Source: Macrostomum hystrix (Eukaryota > Animalia > Platyhelminthes). From it: 64,000 nt of DNA. Within the stretch, counting starts at the first letter, position 1, and each line of letters begins with the position of its first letter. The stretch is from positions 285,452 to 349,451 of the forward strand of contig CATNEN010000040.1 of the NCBI GenBank assembly GCA_950097015.1, read 5' to 3'. Below the pieces are notes generated by a model that made no database searches, was not told the DNA's origin, and saw nothing but the letters and a program-made list of their open reading frames with translations. The translations under genes and the position numbers were made by a program. Shown here piece by piece: positions 9,745 through 21,539 of the stretch.

Positions 9745-11872
9745 AATAGAATGGATTGCTAATCTATCCCATGGGTGAGGGAATATAATGGATTGCTAAT
9801 CTATCCCATTGGTGAAGAAATATAATGGATTGCTAATCTATCCCATGGGTGAGGGAATAGAATGTATTGCTAATCTATCCCATGGGTGAAGAAAAAGAAT
9901 GGATTGCTAATCTATCCCATGGGTGAAAGAATAGAATGGATTGCTAATCTATCCCATGGGTGAAGGAATGGAATGGATTGCTAATCTATCCCATGGGTGA
10001 AGGAATAGAATGGATTGCTAATCTATCCCATGGGTGAGGGAATAGAATGGATTGCTAATCTATCCCATGGGTGAGGGAATAGTGTGGATTGCTAATCTAT
10101 CCCATGGGTGAGGGAATAGTGTGGATTGCTAATCTATCCCATGGGTGAAGGAATAGAATGGATTGCTAATCTATCCCATGGGTGAAGGAATAGAATGGAT
10201 TGCTAGTCTATCCCATGGGTGAGGGAATAGAATGGATTGCTAATCTATCCCATGGGTGAGGGAATAGAATGGATTGCTAATCTATCCCATGGGTGAAGGA
10301 ATAGAATGGAAAGCTAATCTATCCCATGGGTGAGGGAATAGAATGGATTGCTAGTCTATCCCATGGGTGAGGGAATAGAATGGATTGCTAATCTATCCCA
10401 TGGGTGAGGGAATAGAATGGATTGCTAATCTATCCCATGGGTGAGGGAATAGTGTGGATTGCTAATCTATCCCATGGGTGAGGGAATAGAATGGATTGCT
10501 AATCTATCCCATGGGTGAGGGAATAGAATGGATTGCTAATCTATCCCATGGGTGAAGGAATAGAATGGATTGCTAATCTATCCCATGGGTGAGGGAATAG
10601 AATGGATTGCTAATCTATCCCATGGGTGAGGGAATAGAATGGATTGCTAATCTATCCCATGGGTGAAGGAATAGAATGGAAAGCTAATCTATCCCATGGG
10701 TGAGGGAATAGAATGGATTGCTAGTCTATCCCATGGTCGAGGGAATAGAATGGATTGCTAATCTATCCAATGGGTGAGGGAATAGAATGGATTGCTAATC
10801 TATCCCATGGGTGAAGAAATAGAATGGATTGCTAATCTATCCCATGGGTGGAGGAATAGAATGGAAAGCTAATCTATCCCATGGGTGAGGGAATAGAATG
10901 GATTGCTAATCTATCCCATGGGTGAGGGAATAGAATGGATTGCTAATCTATCCCATGGGTGAGGGAATAGAATGGATTGCTAATCTATCCCATGGGTGAG
11001 GGAATAGAATGGATTGCTAATCTATCCCATGGGTGAAGGAATATAATGGATTGCTAATCTATCCCATAGGTGGAGGAATAGAATGGAAAGCTAATCTATC
11101 CCATGGGTGAGGGAATAGAATGGATTGCTAATCTATCCCATGGGTGAGGGAATAGAATGGATTGCTAATCTATCCCATGGGTGAAGGAATAGAATGGATT
11201 GCTAATCTATCCCATGGGTGGAGGAATAGAATGGAAAGCTAATCTATCCCATGGGTAAGGGAATAGAATGGATTGCTAATCTATCCCATGGGTGAGGGAA
11301 TAGAATGGATTGCTAATCTATCCCATGGGTGAGGGAATAGAATGGATTGCTAGTCTATCCCATGGGTGAGGGAATAGAATGGATTGCTAGTCTATCCCAT
11401 GGGTGAGGGAATAGAATGGATTGCTAATCTATCCCATGGGTGAGGGAATAGTGTGGATTGCTAATCTATCCCATGGGTGAGGGAATAGAATGGATTGCTA
11501 ATCTATCCCATGGGTGAGGGAATAGAATGGATTGCTAATCTATCCCATGGGTGAAGGAATAGAATGGATTGCTAATCTATCCCATGGGTGAAGGAATAGA
11601 ATGGATTGCTAGTCTATCCCATGGGTGAGGGAATAGAATGGATTGCTAATCTATCCCATGGGTGAGGGAATAGAATGGATTGCTAATCTATCCCATGGGT
11701 GAAGGAATAGAATGGAAAGCTAATCTATCCCATGGGTGAAGGAATAGAATGGATTGCTAATCTATCCCATGGGTGAAGGAATAGAATGGATTGCTAATCT
11801 ATCCCATGGGTGAGGGAATAGAATGGAAAAGCTAATCTATCCCATGGGTGAGGGAATAGTGTGGATTGCTAA
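9745..11872. repeat. Large minisatellite, 37-bp unit (ggaatagaatggattgctaatctatcccatgggtgag)
   Basis: More than 50 tandem copies, starting about 12 nt upstream of the ALKBH4 ATG. Confidence 0.97.
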
Positions 11873-11975
11873 AATAGCCTACACAGTGAAGGAATAAAAT
11901 TGATCGATTGTGACAAATTAAATAGTGAAAAACTATTACCTAGCAGAGAAGCAGGGTCAAAGACTTGTGCCCCTG

Positions 11976-12337
11976 TCATTTGTCAGTCTTTTGATGTTGT
12001 TGCTGCTGTTTAGCGTACTGAAAAGAATTCAGATGCCGTATTGTCTAAAATCAATCTGAATAACAGTTTATCGATTCGGAATCTAGATGAATGTTATGCC
12101 TACACAAACTAGCGAGCCTATACAAACCTTGTTCACTACCCAGTCAGCATCGAGCAGAGCCCGATCGATAATCTGGCGGATCCTATCCGGATCGGTCTCG
12201 TCGGAGTGACTGTTGTAGGCCTGGCGAATATAATTAGAATAGTAGGGCCTGGCGTTGCTGGGCAGGGTGCGCACCAGTCTGAGCAAGTGCCTGTACAGCT
12301 GCAGCGGAGTGCGGATAGTGCGGAGGCCAACGCCTGC
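11976..12337 (-). CDS. LYRM9: LYR-motif protein 9; exons 12128-12337 and 11976-12017; no ATG at the 5' end
   Basis: PLQLYRHLLRLVR...YIRQAYNSHSDETDPDRIRQIIDRALLDADWVVNK|YAKQ...* closely follows LYRM9. The frame starts at acceptor ttttag|GCA, whose TAG is an in-frame stop. Confidence 0.88.
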
Positions 12338-12434
12338 CTAAAACAGAATGCAAGCAAACACATGCTAATATTTCTACTTATAGTAGTGTGTTCATAAAAT
12401 GACATTTTTCAGTTTTTCTAGCTCAAGTTTAAGT

Positions 12435-12800
12435 GGAGGTGAGTGACAGAGCGGTTAACGCGTCTGCCTCTCGTGCCAAGGTCCCGGAGTTCGATTCCGA
12501 ACGAGGCCACATTTATTTGGGGCGCAGCCGCGGAGAGAAGGCTTGGGGGCTTGTCGTACAATTTACGCCCTTGAGGGCCAACTTCCAAGGCACAGTGAGA
12601 GTGTACACTGCCTGACGATGAGAAAGTTAGGGCAGATGTACACACCTGTGAGTGTGTGCCTGCGTTTCAGTATCTATGTGCGTGTGCTCAGGGGTCAGCG
12701 AATTGTGCAGAATCTTCTCCTCGCTGTCTGCGGGTCTAATGTCACTAAATGATGTCCCATCGCAGACAGCCCTCCTGCTATTAATATATTTATTACTATT
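12435..12800 (+). mobile_element. tRNA-derived SINE, family B, flanked by a ~76-bp direct duplication
   Basis: A-box-like TGACAGAGCGG and B-box GGAGTTCGATTCC; body homologous to 51050-51366; flanks 12359-12434 and 12809-12887 are direct repeats. Confidence 0.75.
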
Positions 12801-13299
12801 TAATCAGACACGTGCTAATATTTCTACTTATAGTAGTGTGTTCATAAAACGGTTTTCAGTTTTTTCTTCTAGCTCACTTTTAAGTAATTGACACATCAAA
12901 GTCCATCACAATGATGCAAATTGGCAAATTATTTTCTAGTTTTTTATAGAAAGGTAGTTAAATTTGACAGCTTAATGGTCAGGTATAAAGCACAATCAAT
13001 CGATAGGCAAAACAAAAACCCGGTCACTTTTTTAACTGAATAGAAAACAGTAATTCTGAGTGAAAAACAAGCACTGTGATTCCAAGTAACTGGGGAAATC
13101 AGAACGATTGGCAATAAAAAGCAACGCAAATATAATTATTTCACCGACACTATTATGAATAGTTATTCTAACGACGCCACTAGAGCATATTAGCTGGTGA
13201 CTTGAGAAAAAAAGCCAGCTCAAACCCCCTTAACTGTCCTAGACCTGGCACACGAGTGGTGAGAGACCTGCTACAGCCCTCCCACAAGCTAGCTAGTGG

Positions 13300-13760
13300 G
13301 CGGGGGTTGTAGTCTAGTGGGGGTTGTAGCCTAGCTGGGGTTGTAGACTAGTGGGGTTGTAGCCTAGCGGGGGTTGCAGCCTAGTGAGGGTTGCAGCCTA
13401 GTGGGGGTTGTAGCCTAGCGGGGGTTGCAGCCTAGTGGGGTTGTAGCCTAGTGGGGTTGTAGCCTAGTGGGGGTTGCAGCCTAGTGGGGGTTGTAGCCTA
13501 GCGGGGGTTGCAGCCTAGTGGGGTTGTAGCCTAGTGGGGTTGTAGCCTAGTGGGGGTTGCAGCCTAGTGGGGGTTGTAGCCTAGCGGGGGTTGCAGCCTA
13601 GTGGGGTTGTAGCCTAGTGGGGGCTGTAGCCTAGTAGGGTTGTAGAATAGTGGGGGTTGCAGCCTAGTGGGGTTGTAGCCTAGTGGGTTTGTAGACTAGT
13701 GGCGGTTGTAGCCTAGTGGGGTTGTAGAATAGTGGGGGTTGCAGCCTAGTGGGACTTGTA
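13300..13760 (+). repeat. Minisatellite, 16-17-bp unit (ggggttgtagcctagt), matching the SINE-A head
   Basis: Unit equals the first bases of the SINE-A head and runs directly into a SINE-A copy. Confidence 0.9.
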
Positions 13761-13990
13761 GCATAGTGGTTAGAGCGCCGGACTCACGACTTAAAGATAG
13801 AGGGTTCGATTCCCAACTAGAAAAATTTGTGTCCTCAAGCAAGACAGCCTGTGTCCTTATCTGCGCCATAATTAGCTGGGGTAATTAATGGTGGTGTGGC
13901 ATTCCACCAGTCCATGGACTAGACGCAGCCTTCAGATGCGCAGCGCAATAGCTGCGGCTGTGCTGTAGGCTGCAAATCTGGCCCGATTGA
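13745..13990 (+). mobile_element. tRNA-derived SINE, family A (degenerate copy)
   Basis: TAGTGGTTAGAGCG...GGGTTCGATTCCC head; body shared with 33035-33349. Confidence 0.8.
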
Positions 13991-14216
13991 TCAACTATTG
14001 CCATATTAATTAATTAAAATTTTGCAATACTAAATGACAAAATTGCAAGACTTTTATGAAGGCATAATTATTTTGGTCATCGAGCACTACTAAAAGTAGT
14101 TTCTATCTGAATAATATGTACAGACTTTTTGGCCTGGCAAAAAGACAAATCAGAGGATTGACATGCTTTTTGAAGTCAAACACTATATTCCTAAATGATT
14201 GTATTGATTCGTGCTA

Positions 14217-15097
14217 TCAGGATGACTGCAAAGCCCATGTCCTGGTCACCAGATCCAGCTCCATCTTCAGCAATTGATTCTGCTCTCGCTGACTCTCCAG
14301 AGCATTGCGCAACTTGGCCGCGTCACTGCCATTCTCCTCGGCATCACTGTCACAGCCGGTCGACGCTGCTTCAAGCTGAGCTATGCGCCGCTTAGCCGCC
14401 TCCAGCTGCGCCTCGGCCCGGTCCAGCCGACTGTCCGAATCGTCGCAGCGTCGGAGGGCGCCGTCTAGCTGGCGACGCAATTCGTCCAATTGGCGAGCTG
14501 TTTGAGCTGCGAGCCAATCCGAGTCGCACAGCTTGCGCTCAGCTGACCGGCGCTGTTCCTGCAGCGAATGCCAGTTTTGTTAGTTTTTTTCAGTTTTCAA
14601 GCTTCGAGCTTTCAAGTATTCGCTGGCTAAGTGACCAGGGCACGGATTCGAACTCATGACCCTTGGTGGGAGAGTGGAACCTCAGAACGTAATAAAACAT
14701 ACTAATAGTACTGTAAGATTTATTTCGGCGCAGACTGTAGAATCTAAGCTACAGATATTGTATTCACCACAGTATTAAAATTATTCCTAACCTGTTCCAT
14801 GTGAAGCAGCTGCATCACCTGCTGCATCTCAGCTTTGAGTTCCTCTTCCTGAACCAAAAACAGCTCCTGTTGTTCTACTACTGGTAGAGAGGGCATGCCC
14901 TCCTCGGCGGAAAAGTACAGCCGCAGCGGCTGCAGCCTCGACCTGGTCCTGCAAGCCGGACAGATGGACTGGCCGCCGCAGCTGCGCAGCCAGTCGCCAA
15001 CGCAGCCAGAGTGAAACACGTGGCCGCAGTTGGGCAGGGCGGAGCAGTCGCTCTCGCCGTCCAGCTGAGCGCGACAGATCGGACAGTTTATTTGAGC
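14217..15097 (-). CDS. TRAIP: RING E3 ligase with coiled coil, TRAIP/NOPO-like; exons 14792-15097 and 14217-14558; no ATG at the 5' end
   Basis: N-terminal C3H2C3 RING (CPIC...CGHVFHSGCV...CPAC) followed by LRLYFS and a coiled coil; phase-0 intron; frame starts at ccgcag|GCT CAA ATA AAC TGT with an in-frame TAG just upstream. Orthology is not certain. Confidence 0.7.
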
Positions 15098-15212
15098 CTG
15101 CGGATCAAGCAGGACACATGCGCTTTTCTAGACATATAGGTTTAACGAGATCAACTACAGAAAGACTCTACTAAGGTACCTATAGTACGCTTTTACACTT
15201 GAAATATTCATA

Positions 15213-15660
15213 GGAGGGTTTAGCCTAGCCTAGCGGTTAGAGCAGGGTCGGCAAACTCCGGCCCGCGGGCCAGATGGGGGCCCTCGAAGCTCCCAAATCC
15301 GGCCCGTTGCCCCTTCTGACATCTACAGTGTCCTGTTTCATCTCTCCCGTGTCTAATCTCTCCTGTGGCTCATCTCTCCCCTGTCTTATCTCTCCCGTGT
15401 CTAATCTCTCCCCTCTCTTATCTCTCCCGTGTCTAATCTCTCCCGCCTTATCTCATATTTATACAGTCAATGCGGCCCGCTGTCGTCTTTTAGGTTCTCT
15501 CTTTGGCCCGCCAGCAAATAAGTTTGCCTACCCCTGGGTTAGAGCGTCGGACTCACAACTTGAAGGTCGGGGGTTCGATTCCAGACTCCCTTGGAACAAT
15601 TTGTCCTTTAGCAACACTCTGCATTGCTTCTGTTCTCACAGTTGTTAAACGGGAATTAAT
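15213..15660 (+). mobile_element. SINE family A copy interrupted by a hAT-like MITE
   Basis: Head split at ggttagag; resumes cgtcggactcacaacttgaaggtcgggggttcgattcc. Confidence 0.8.
15243..15536. mobile_element. Non-autonomous hAT (Charlie-like) MITE, 294 bp
   Basis: TIRs CAGGGTCGGCAAACT / AGTTTGCCTACCCCTG; subterminal CGGCCCGCGGGCC; perfect 8-bp TSD ggttagag (15235-15242, 15537-15544). Confidence 0.9.
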
Positions 15661-16622
15661 TGGGATTAAGATATCTCGCAAAACTGGTTGCTTCAACGAA
15701 TTTTAGAAAGCTTAGTTTATGAGTAATCGATCTTCATTTTATCCTTTATTTATCACGAAGCACAATAGCCTGTCAATAGCTATCTCGTGACTAACTCAAT
15801 TTTACAGTCAAAATCAAAGTTTTCTAATCAAGTATAAGTGTATTACGAGAACTATGTAGAATGGCTTCACTAACAAATCAGTAGACCAAGCTGTAGCCTA
15901 AATCGGTTGGTTGGTTGGTGATTGGTTGCTATTGTGATTCATGATAAATAAACGAAAAATTAAGAAAAATTATTCATGAATAAAGCTTTCTGAAATTCGT
16001 TAGAAAGTTTCTATTCCTATCTAGTGCGTTATTCCGGGAAAATCTGCATTTAATAAATTTTTCCAAGAAACGAAAACGAATTCTTGCAGCCAAGTGGTTA
16101 GAGCTTTATAATTATTGTCAGCACAAGGTAAAAGTTTGAGCAAGACACTTAATTCCACTAGTACTCGTACTTCAGCTCGCCCAGCTGTAGAATACGATAA
16201 TCCCCATGTCCATGGACTGAACAGCCATGTCATTCATTTCTATCTTTAGTTTTGAATACCGCTCCTTCATGTAATGAAGTCCAATTGAGAAATGAGAAAA
16301 GAGCAGGTCTGTCAGAGCAGCAAACATGAGTCCAGTCAGTCGCACTTAATGCTGTTTATTTATTCCTTGTCAGTTATTTAGTTAGTTAAATGATCATACA
16401 TAACGAAATGCCAAAAAATTTACACATTCCTGCGGCTAAAAGTAGTAATGGTTTGTAATGGTTTCAAGCATTCAAGCATGGTTTAGCAGGAACTTATCTT
16501 AAAACGATGTTAGATAACATTGGACAGTGATTTTATTTAGCAAATTACAATACCTTCCAAAGAGTTGACGAAATCATGAAACAACAAGCAGAAGACAAAG
16601 AGAAATGCAGCAAAATGCTGGC

Positions 16623-19600
16623 TTAACGGCTCGCTTTCTTCCCCTTCCCCCTTGTCTTTGGCTTCCCGCCAGAGTCGGCGCTGCCGCTGCCGCAGCCACC
16701 TATGGCTCGGAACCAGTTCCTCTGCTGCTGCTGCTGATGCTGAGCATTGCGACTCCCACTACCGGCCACTTCCAGTCGTTTCTGAACTCGATTCAACGAC
16801 TGCTCAGCGGCCCTCTGGGCGGACTCCAGCCGCTCCTCCTGCAGCACGGCTGACACGTCCGGCTCCAGGGCGGCGATGCGGTCGCGGTAACTGGCGATGA
16901 CCGATTTGGGCACAATGCGCAGCTTCACAGGGATTGGCGCCTTGCGCACAATCTGCTTCAGCAGCGGCCGCTCCGCCTCTCCGGCCAGGCTGATGGCCAG
17001 GCCCTGCTTGCCGGCGCGGGCTGTGCGGCCCACCCGGTGAGTGTACACCTGCCAGGTGGGGTTTGGCTCAAATCTTAAATGGGAAACACGCGATAACTCC
17101 TAAAAACTCATAAATACCAACGGAAAACACACAGGAAAATCCGCAACGAAAAGCAACCTAAAATCCCAATGAAAAAATCACAATCCTGAATGGAAAAGAC
17201 GCCACAATACTAATAGAAACCATGCTAATGAAATCATCCTGATGAAAACCATGCTAAAATCCCAAATGGAAAACACGCTAAAATCCTGATGAAAACCATG
17301 CTAAAATCCCAAATGGAAAACACGCTAAAATCCTGATGAAAACCATGCTAAAATCCCAAATGGAAAACACGCTAAAATCCTGATGAAAACCATGCTAAAA
17401 TCCCAAATGGAAAACACGCTAAAATCCCAAATGGAAAACACGCTAAAATCCCAAATGGAAAACACGCTAAAATCCCAAATGGAAACCAGCTAAAATCACA
17501 ATGGAAAACACGCTAAAATCCCAAATGGAAACCAGCTAAAATCCCAATGGAAAACACGCTAAAATCCCAAATGGAAACCAGCTAAAATCACAATGGAAAA
17601 CACGCTAAAATCCCAAATGGAAAACACGCTAAAATCCCAATGGAAAACACGCTAAAATCCCAAATGGAAAACACGCTAAAATCCCAAATGGAAACCAGCT
17701 AAAATCACAATGGAAAACACGCTAAAATCCCAAATGGAAAACACGCTAAAATCCCAAATGGAAACCAGCTAAAATCCCAATGGAAAACACGCTAAAATCC
17801 CAAATGGAAAACACGCTAAAATCCTGATGAAAACCATGCTAAAATCCCAAATGGAAAACACGCTAAAATCCCAATGGAAACCAGCTAAAATCCCAATGGA
17901 AATCATGCTAAAATCCTGAAGAAAACCATGCTAAAATCCCAAATGGAAAACACGCTAAAATCCCAAATGGAAACCAGCTAAAATCCCAATGGAAACCAGC
18001 TAAAATCCCAATGGAAACCAGCTAAAATCCCAATGGAAAACACGCTAAAATCCCAATAGAAATCATGCTAAAATCCTGAAGAAAACCATGCTAAAATCCC
18101 AATGGAAAACACGCTAAAATCCCAATAGAAATCATGCTAAAATCCTGAAGAAAACCATGCTAAAATCCCAAATGGAAAACACGCTAAAATCCCAAATGGA
18201 AACCAGCTAAAATCCCAATGGAAAACACGCTAAAATCCCAAATGGAAAACACGCTAAAATACTAAATGGAAACCAGCTAAAATCCCAAATGGAAAACACG
18301 CTAAAATCCCAATAGAAATCATGCTAAAATCCTGATGAAAACCATGCTAAAATCCCAAATGGAAAACACGCTAAAATCCCAAATGGAAAACACGCTAAAA
18401 TCCCAAATGGAAAACACGCTAAAATACTAAATGGAAACCAGCTAAAATCCCAAATGGAAAACACGCTAAAATCCCAATAGAAATCATGCTAAAATCCTGA
18501 TGAAAACCATGCTAAAATCCCAAATGGAAAACACGCTAAAATCCCAAATGGAAAACACGCTAAAATCCCAAATGGAAAACACGCTAAAATCCCAAATGGA
18601 AAACAAGCTAAAATCCTAAATGGAAAACACGCTAAAATCCCAATGGAAAACACCATAAGGCGGGAAGCACACTAAAACGCAATGAGGTACACCTAAGCAG
18701 TAACCAAATGGTCGCCAGAAGTAATGTGTGCACTAGTCAGCAAATGACCTTGAGCGAATCCGGCAGGCTGTAGTTAATGACGGTGCGCACACCCTCGATA
18801 TCCAGGCCTCTGGAGACCAGATCCGTGGCCAGCAACACGCCAACCTCGGCCTTATGGAATCTGTCCAGGGCCTCCAATCGTTGGACCTGACTCAGGGAGC
18901 TGTGCAGCTCGGCGCAGGACACGCCCAGCAGGCCCAGCAGGACGTGCATTCGGTGGCACAGCCGGCGGGTGGGGCAGAACACAATGCAGCGCTCGTTGAA
19001 GCTGCGCTGAACCAGTGCGGCAACAACGGCCTCCCGATCTGACTCGCGCTGCTGCCGGATGCGGACAAACTCCTGCTGCAGGCGGAGGGTGACGTCGGCC
19101 CGGTCGCTTAGGAACAGCTTCACCGGATTGCGCAGTGCCATGGCGGACAGCTCGCGAACATCGTCTGTCATAGTGGCGCTGAATAGCAGCACCTGGCCGG
19201 AAATGGGTAATGAGTATGGGTTAAGGGTAATGAGCATTGGATAGGGGTAATGAGCAACGGAGAAGGGTAATGAGCAACGGAGAAGGGTAATGAGCAACGG
19301 AGAAGGGTAATGAGCATCGGAGAAGTGTAATGAGCATTAGGGAAGGGTAGTGAGCAACGAAGAAGGGTTATGAGCATTGGATAGGGGTAATGAGCATTGG
19401 ATAGGGGTAATGAGCATCGGAGAGGGTAATGAGCATCGGAGAGGGTAATGAGCATCGGAGAGGGTAATGAGCATCGGAGAGGTAATGAGCATCGGAGAGG
19501 GTAATGAGCATCGGAGAGGGTTATGAGCATCAGAGAGGGTTATGAGCATCAGAGAGGGTTATGAGCATCAGAGAGGGTTATGAGCAGTTGGTACAAAGAC

Positions 19601-20875
19601 TGGCAGGGACGTTAAAGCACTAATGTGGAATACAGAAACGAATCTCACCTGTCTGGTAGGTGAGCACAGGCGGACAATTTCTTTAATCTGCTCAATGAAG
19701 AACTCGTCAATAAGCTTGTCAGCTTCGTCTAGCACCAGGATTTCAATGTTGCGCAGGTGAAAACTTGGCGCATTGTGCGCGTGATCGATGAGTCGGCCTG
19801 GAGTGGCAACGACAATATCCGGGCCCTTGAAAAAAAGGAAATTAAAACAAGAACATTTTGGTTCAAGCCGAAAATTACTACTAACAAGTAGTTTATTAAG
19901 ACCAACAACAGCCTGTAGAAGTACACTGACCTGCCTGAGCGCAGCCTCCTGGCCTCTCAGATCCAAACCGCCGGCCGAGAGGCTCAGCGACACCCGCCTG
20001 CCGCAGTAGCGCAGCAGCTGCTCAGCCACGCTGTGGATCTGCACCGCCAGCTCCCTGGTGGGGCTCAGCACCAGGACTCGGGTCACGGGCGGCCCGGCCG
20101 GCTTATAGAGCAGGCGCTCGATGACGGGCAACAGGAAGGCGGCCGTCTTGCCGCTGCCGGTGCGGGCGCAGGCGCAGATGTCGCGCCCGGCCAGGGCCAC
20201 GGGAATGCAGGCCGCCTGGATTGGCGTCGGGCGCGGCCAGGCGAGCTCGGCCAGGGCTCGGTGCAGCGGCCGGGACAGGTTCAACGCCAGGAAGCTGGAG
20301 CCGGCCGGCAGGTCCGGCTTGTCGATCTCGTCGGCGAAGCCCGGCGTAGCGGACGCGCCGGCCCGTTTGCGAGCCTTCTTGGCCTTCAGCTTGACTTCGT
20401 CGGCGTCGACCAAGTCAGGATCGACGGCGACTGCAGCGGCAGGTTCCGTCAGGTCCTGATCCGCGTCCGGCTCAGATTCTGCCGGCTTCCGAAGACTCTG
20501 CAGTCGGCGCTGAATGAGAGCGTCGACGCTGGTCTTCTCGCCGTGGGCTCGCAGTCGAATAGGCTCGCCAGGCGGCTCTGGCTGGGGATACGGGTGGGGA
20601 GGCTTCGCTGCGGACGCCGCCGGCAGGTCGAATTCGAAGTCGGGATTCAGCGCGACTTCTTCGTCATCGTCGTCGTTATCAGCGTCGGTGTCTTGCTTAT
20701 CAAGGCTTTCGTCTCGCATAGAGATATCGGCTGACTCCTGCTGCTGCTGCTGTTGCTGGCGCAGCTTCCTCTTGGCGCCAGCTTTCTGCTGCTTCTTTTT
20801 CTTCTTCGCGTCGCGCCGGCTGTCTAGCGGTGCCTTGCCGGCAGGCCGGGAAGGCTTCACTGGCTGCGGCTTCAT
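16623..20875 (-). CDS. DDX27: DEAD-box RNA helicase DDX27/Drs1; exons 19931-20875, 19649-19825, 18749-19192, 16623-17048
   Basis: PTPIQAACIP, ARTGSGKTAAF, SPTRELA, ATPGRL, DEAD, SAT, ATDLVSRGLD, HRVGRTARAG motifs; all introns phase 0 GT-AG. The C-terminus may extend through an undetected further exon. Probable 5'-UTR intron at 20877-20989. Confidence 0.92.
17215..18655. repeat. Intronic minisatellite, ~23-24-bp unit (aaaatcccaaatggaaaacacgct) with variants
   Basis: Fills DDX27 intron 3. Confidence 0.95.
19205..19585. repeat. Intronic minisatellite, 19-20-bp unit (gggtaatgagcatcggaga)
   Basis: Fills DDX27 intron 2. Confidence 0.93.
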
Positions 20876-21237
20876 GCTAGATGGAAATGCTGCTTGATGC
20901 GGATTGGGGCCGCGGGCTGCGGAACGGGTGGATTTTACACGTTGCTACAGTTGATATATTAATGTAATTTTAACACCTTATCTATTCACCTGTTTGGTTT
21001 TCACTTCTCTCGCTTCTTTCTTTGCTATTTCTTGTTGCTGTTTTTTCAAATGCCCCCCACCAATATCCTCAGTCGACAGGCAACGCTTGGTGTCTGCTAT
21101 AGAGCAGGGGCAACACTAAAAGCCGTAGCAGCTATCCTTCAGGAAGGGTTCAGGCGTTACCAAAAGGTGTTAAAAAGGAATCGTGCAAAAATGTTTGACT
21201 GTTTGATCGTTAGATTGTTATGCCTTCCTAATTCTCG

Positions 21238-21405
21238 TTTTGATTGTCCTTAACTCTATGGCCGAATAGCTGAGCTGCGCGCGGGAGACCCATCCGATAG
21301 CATGAGACCACAGACATTATAATTTTGATTGTCCTTAACTCTATGGCCGAATAGCTGAGCTGCGCGCGGGAGACCCATCCGATAGCATGAGACCACAGAC
21401 ATTAT
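21238..21405. repeat. Perfect 83-bp tandem duplication (period 85 bp)
   Basis: 21238-21320 is repeated at 21323-21405. Confidence 0.9.
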
Positions 21406-21539
21406 CGTTTTGAATGTCCAAATTATCATTTAGATTGACAATAGCGATACTATGCCAGTGACTGCACAGTTACTAGTACACTAGGAACAGCGTACCACCA
21501 TTGACATCATAGATGACAAATCGGGCATAAGTGGGTCGA

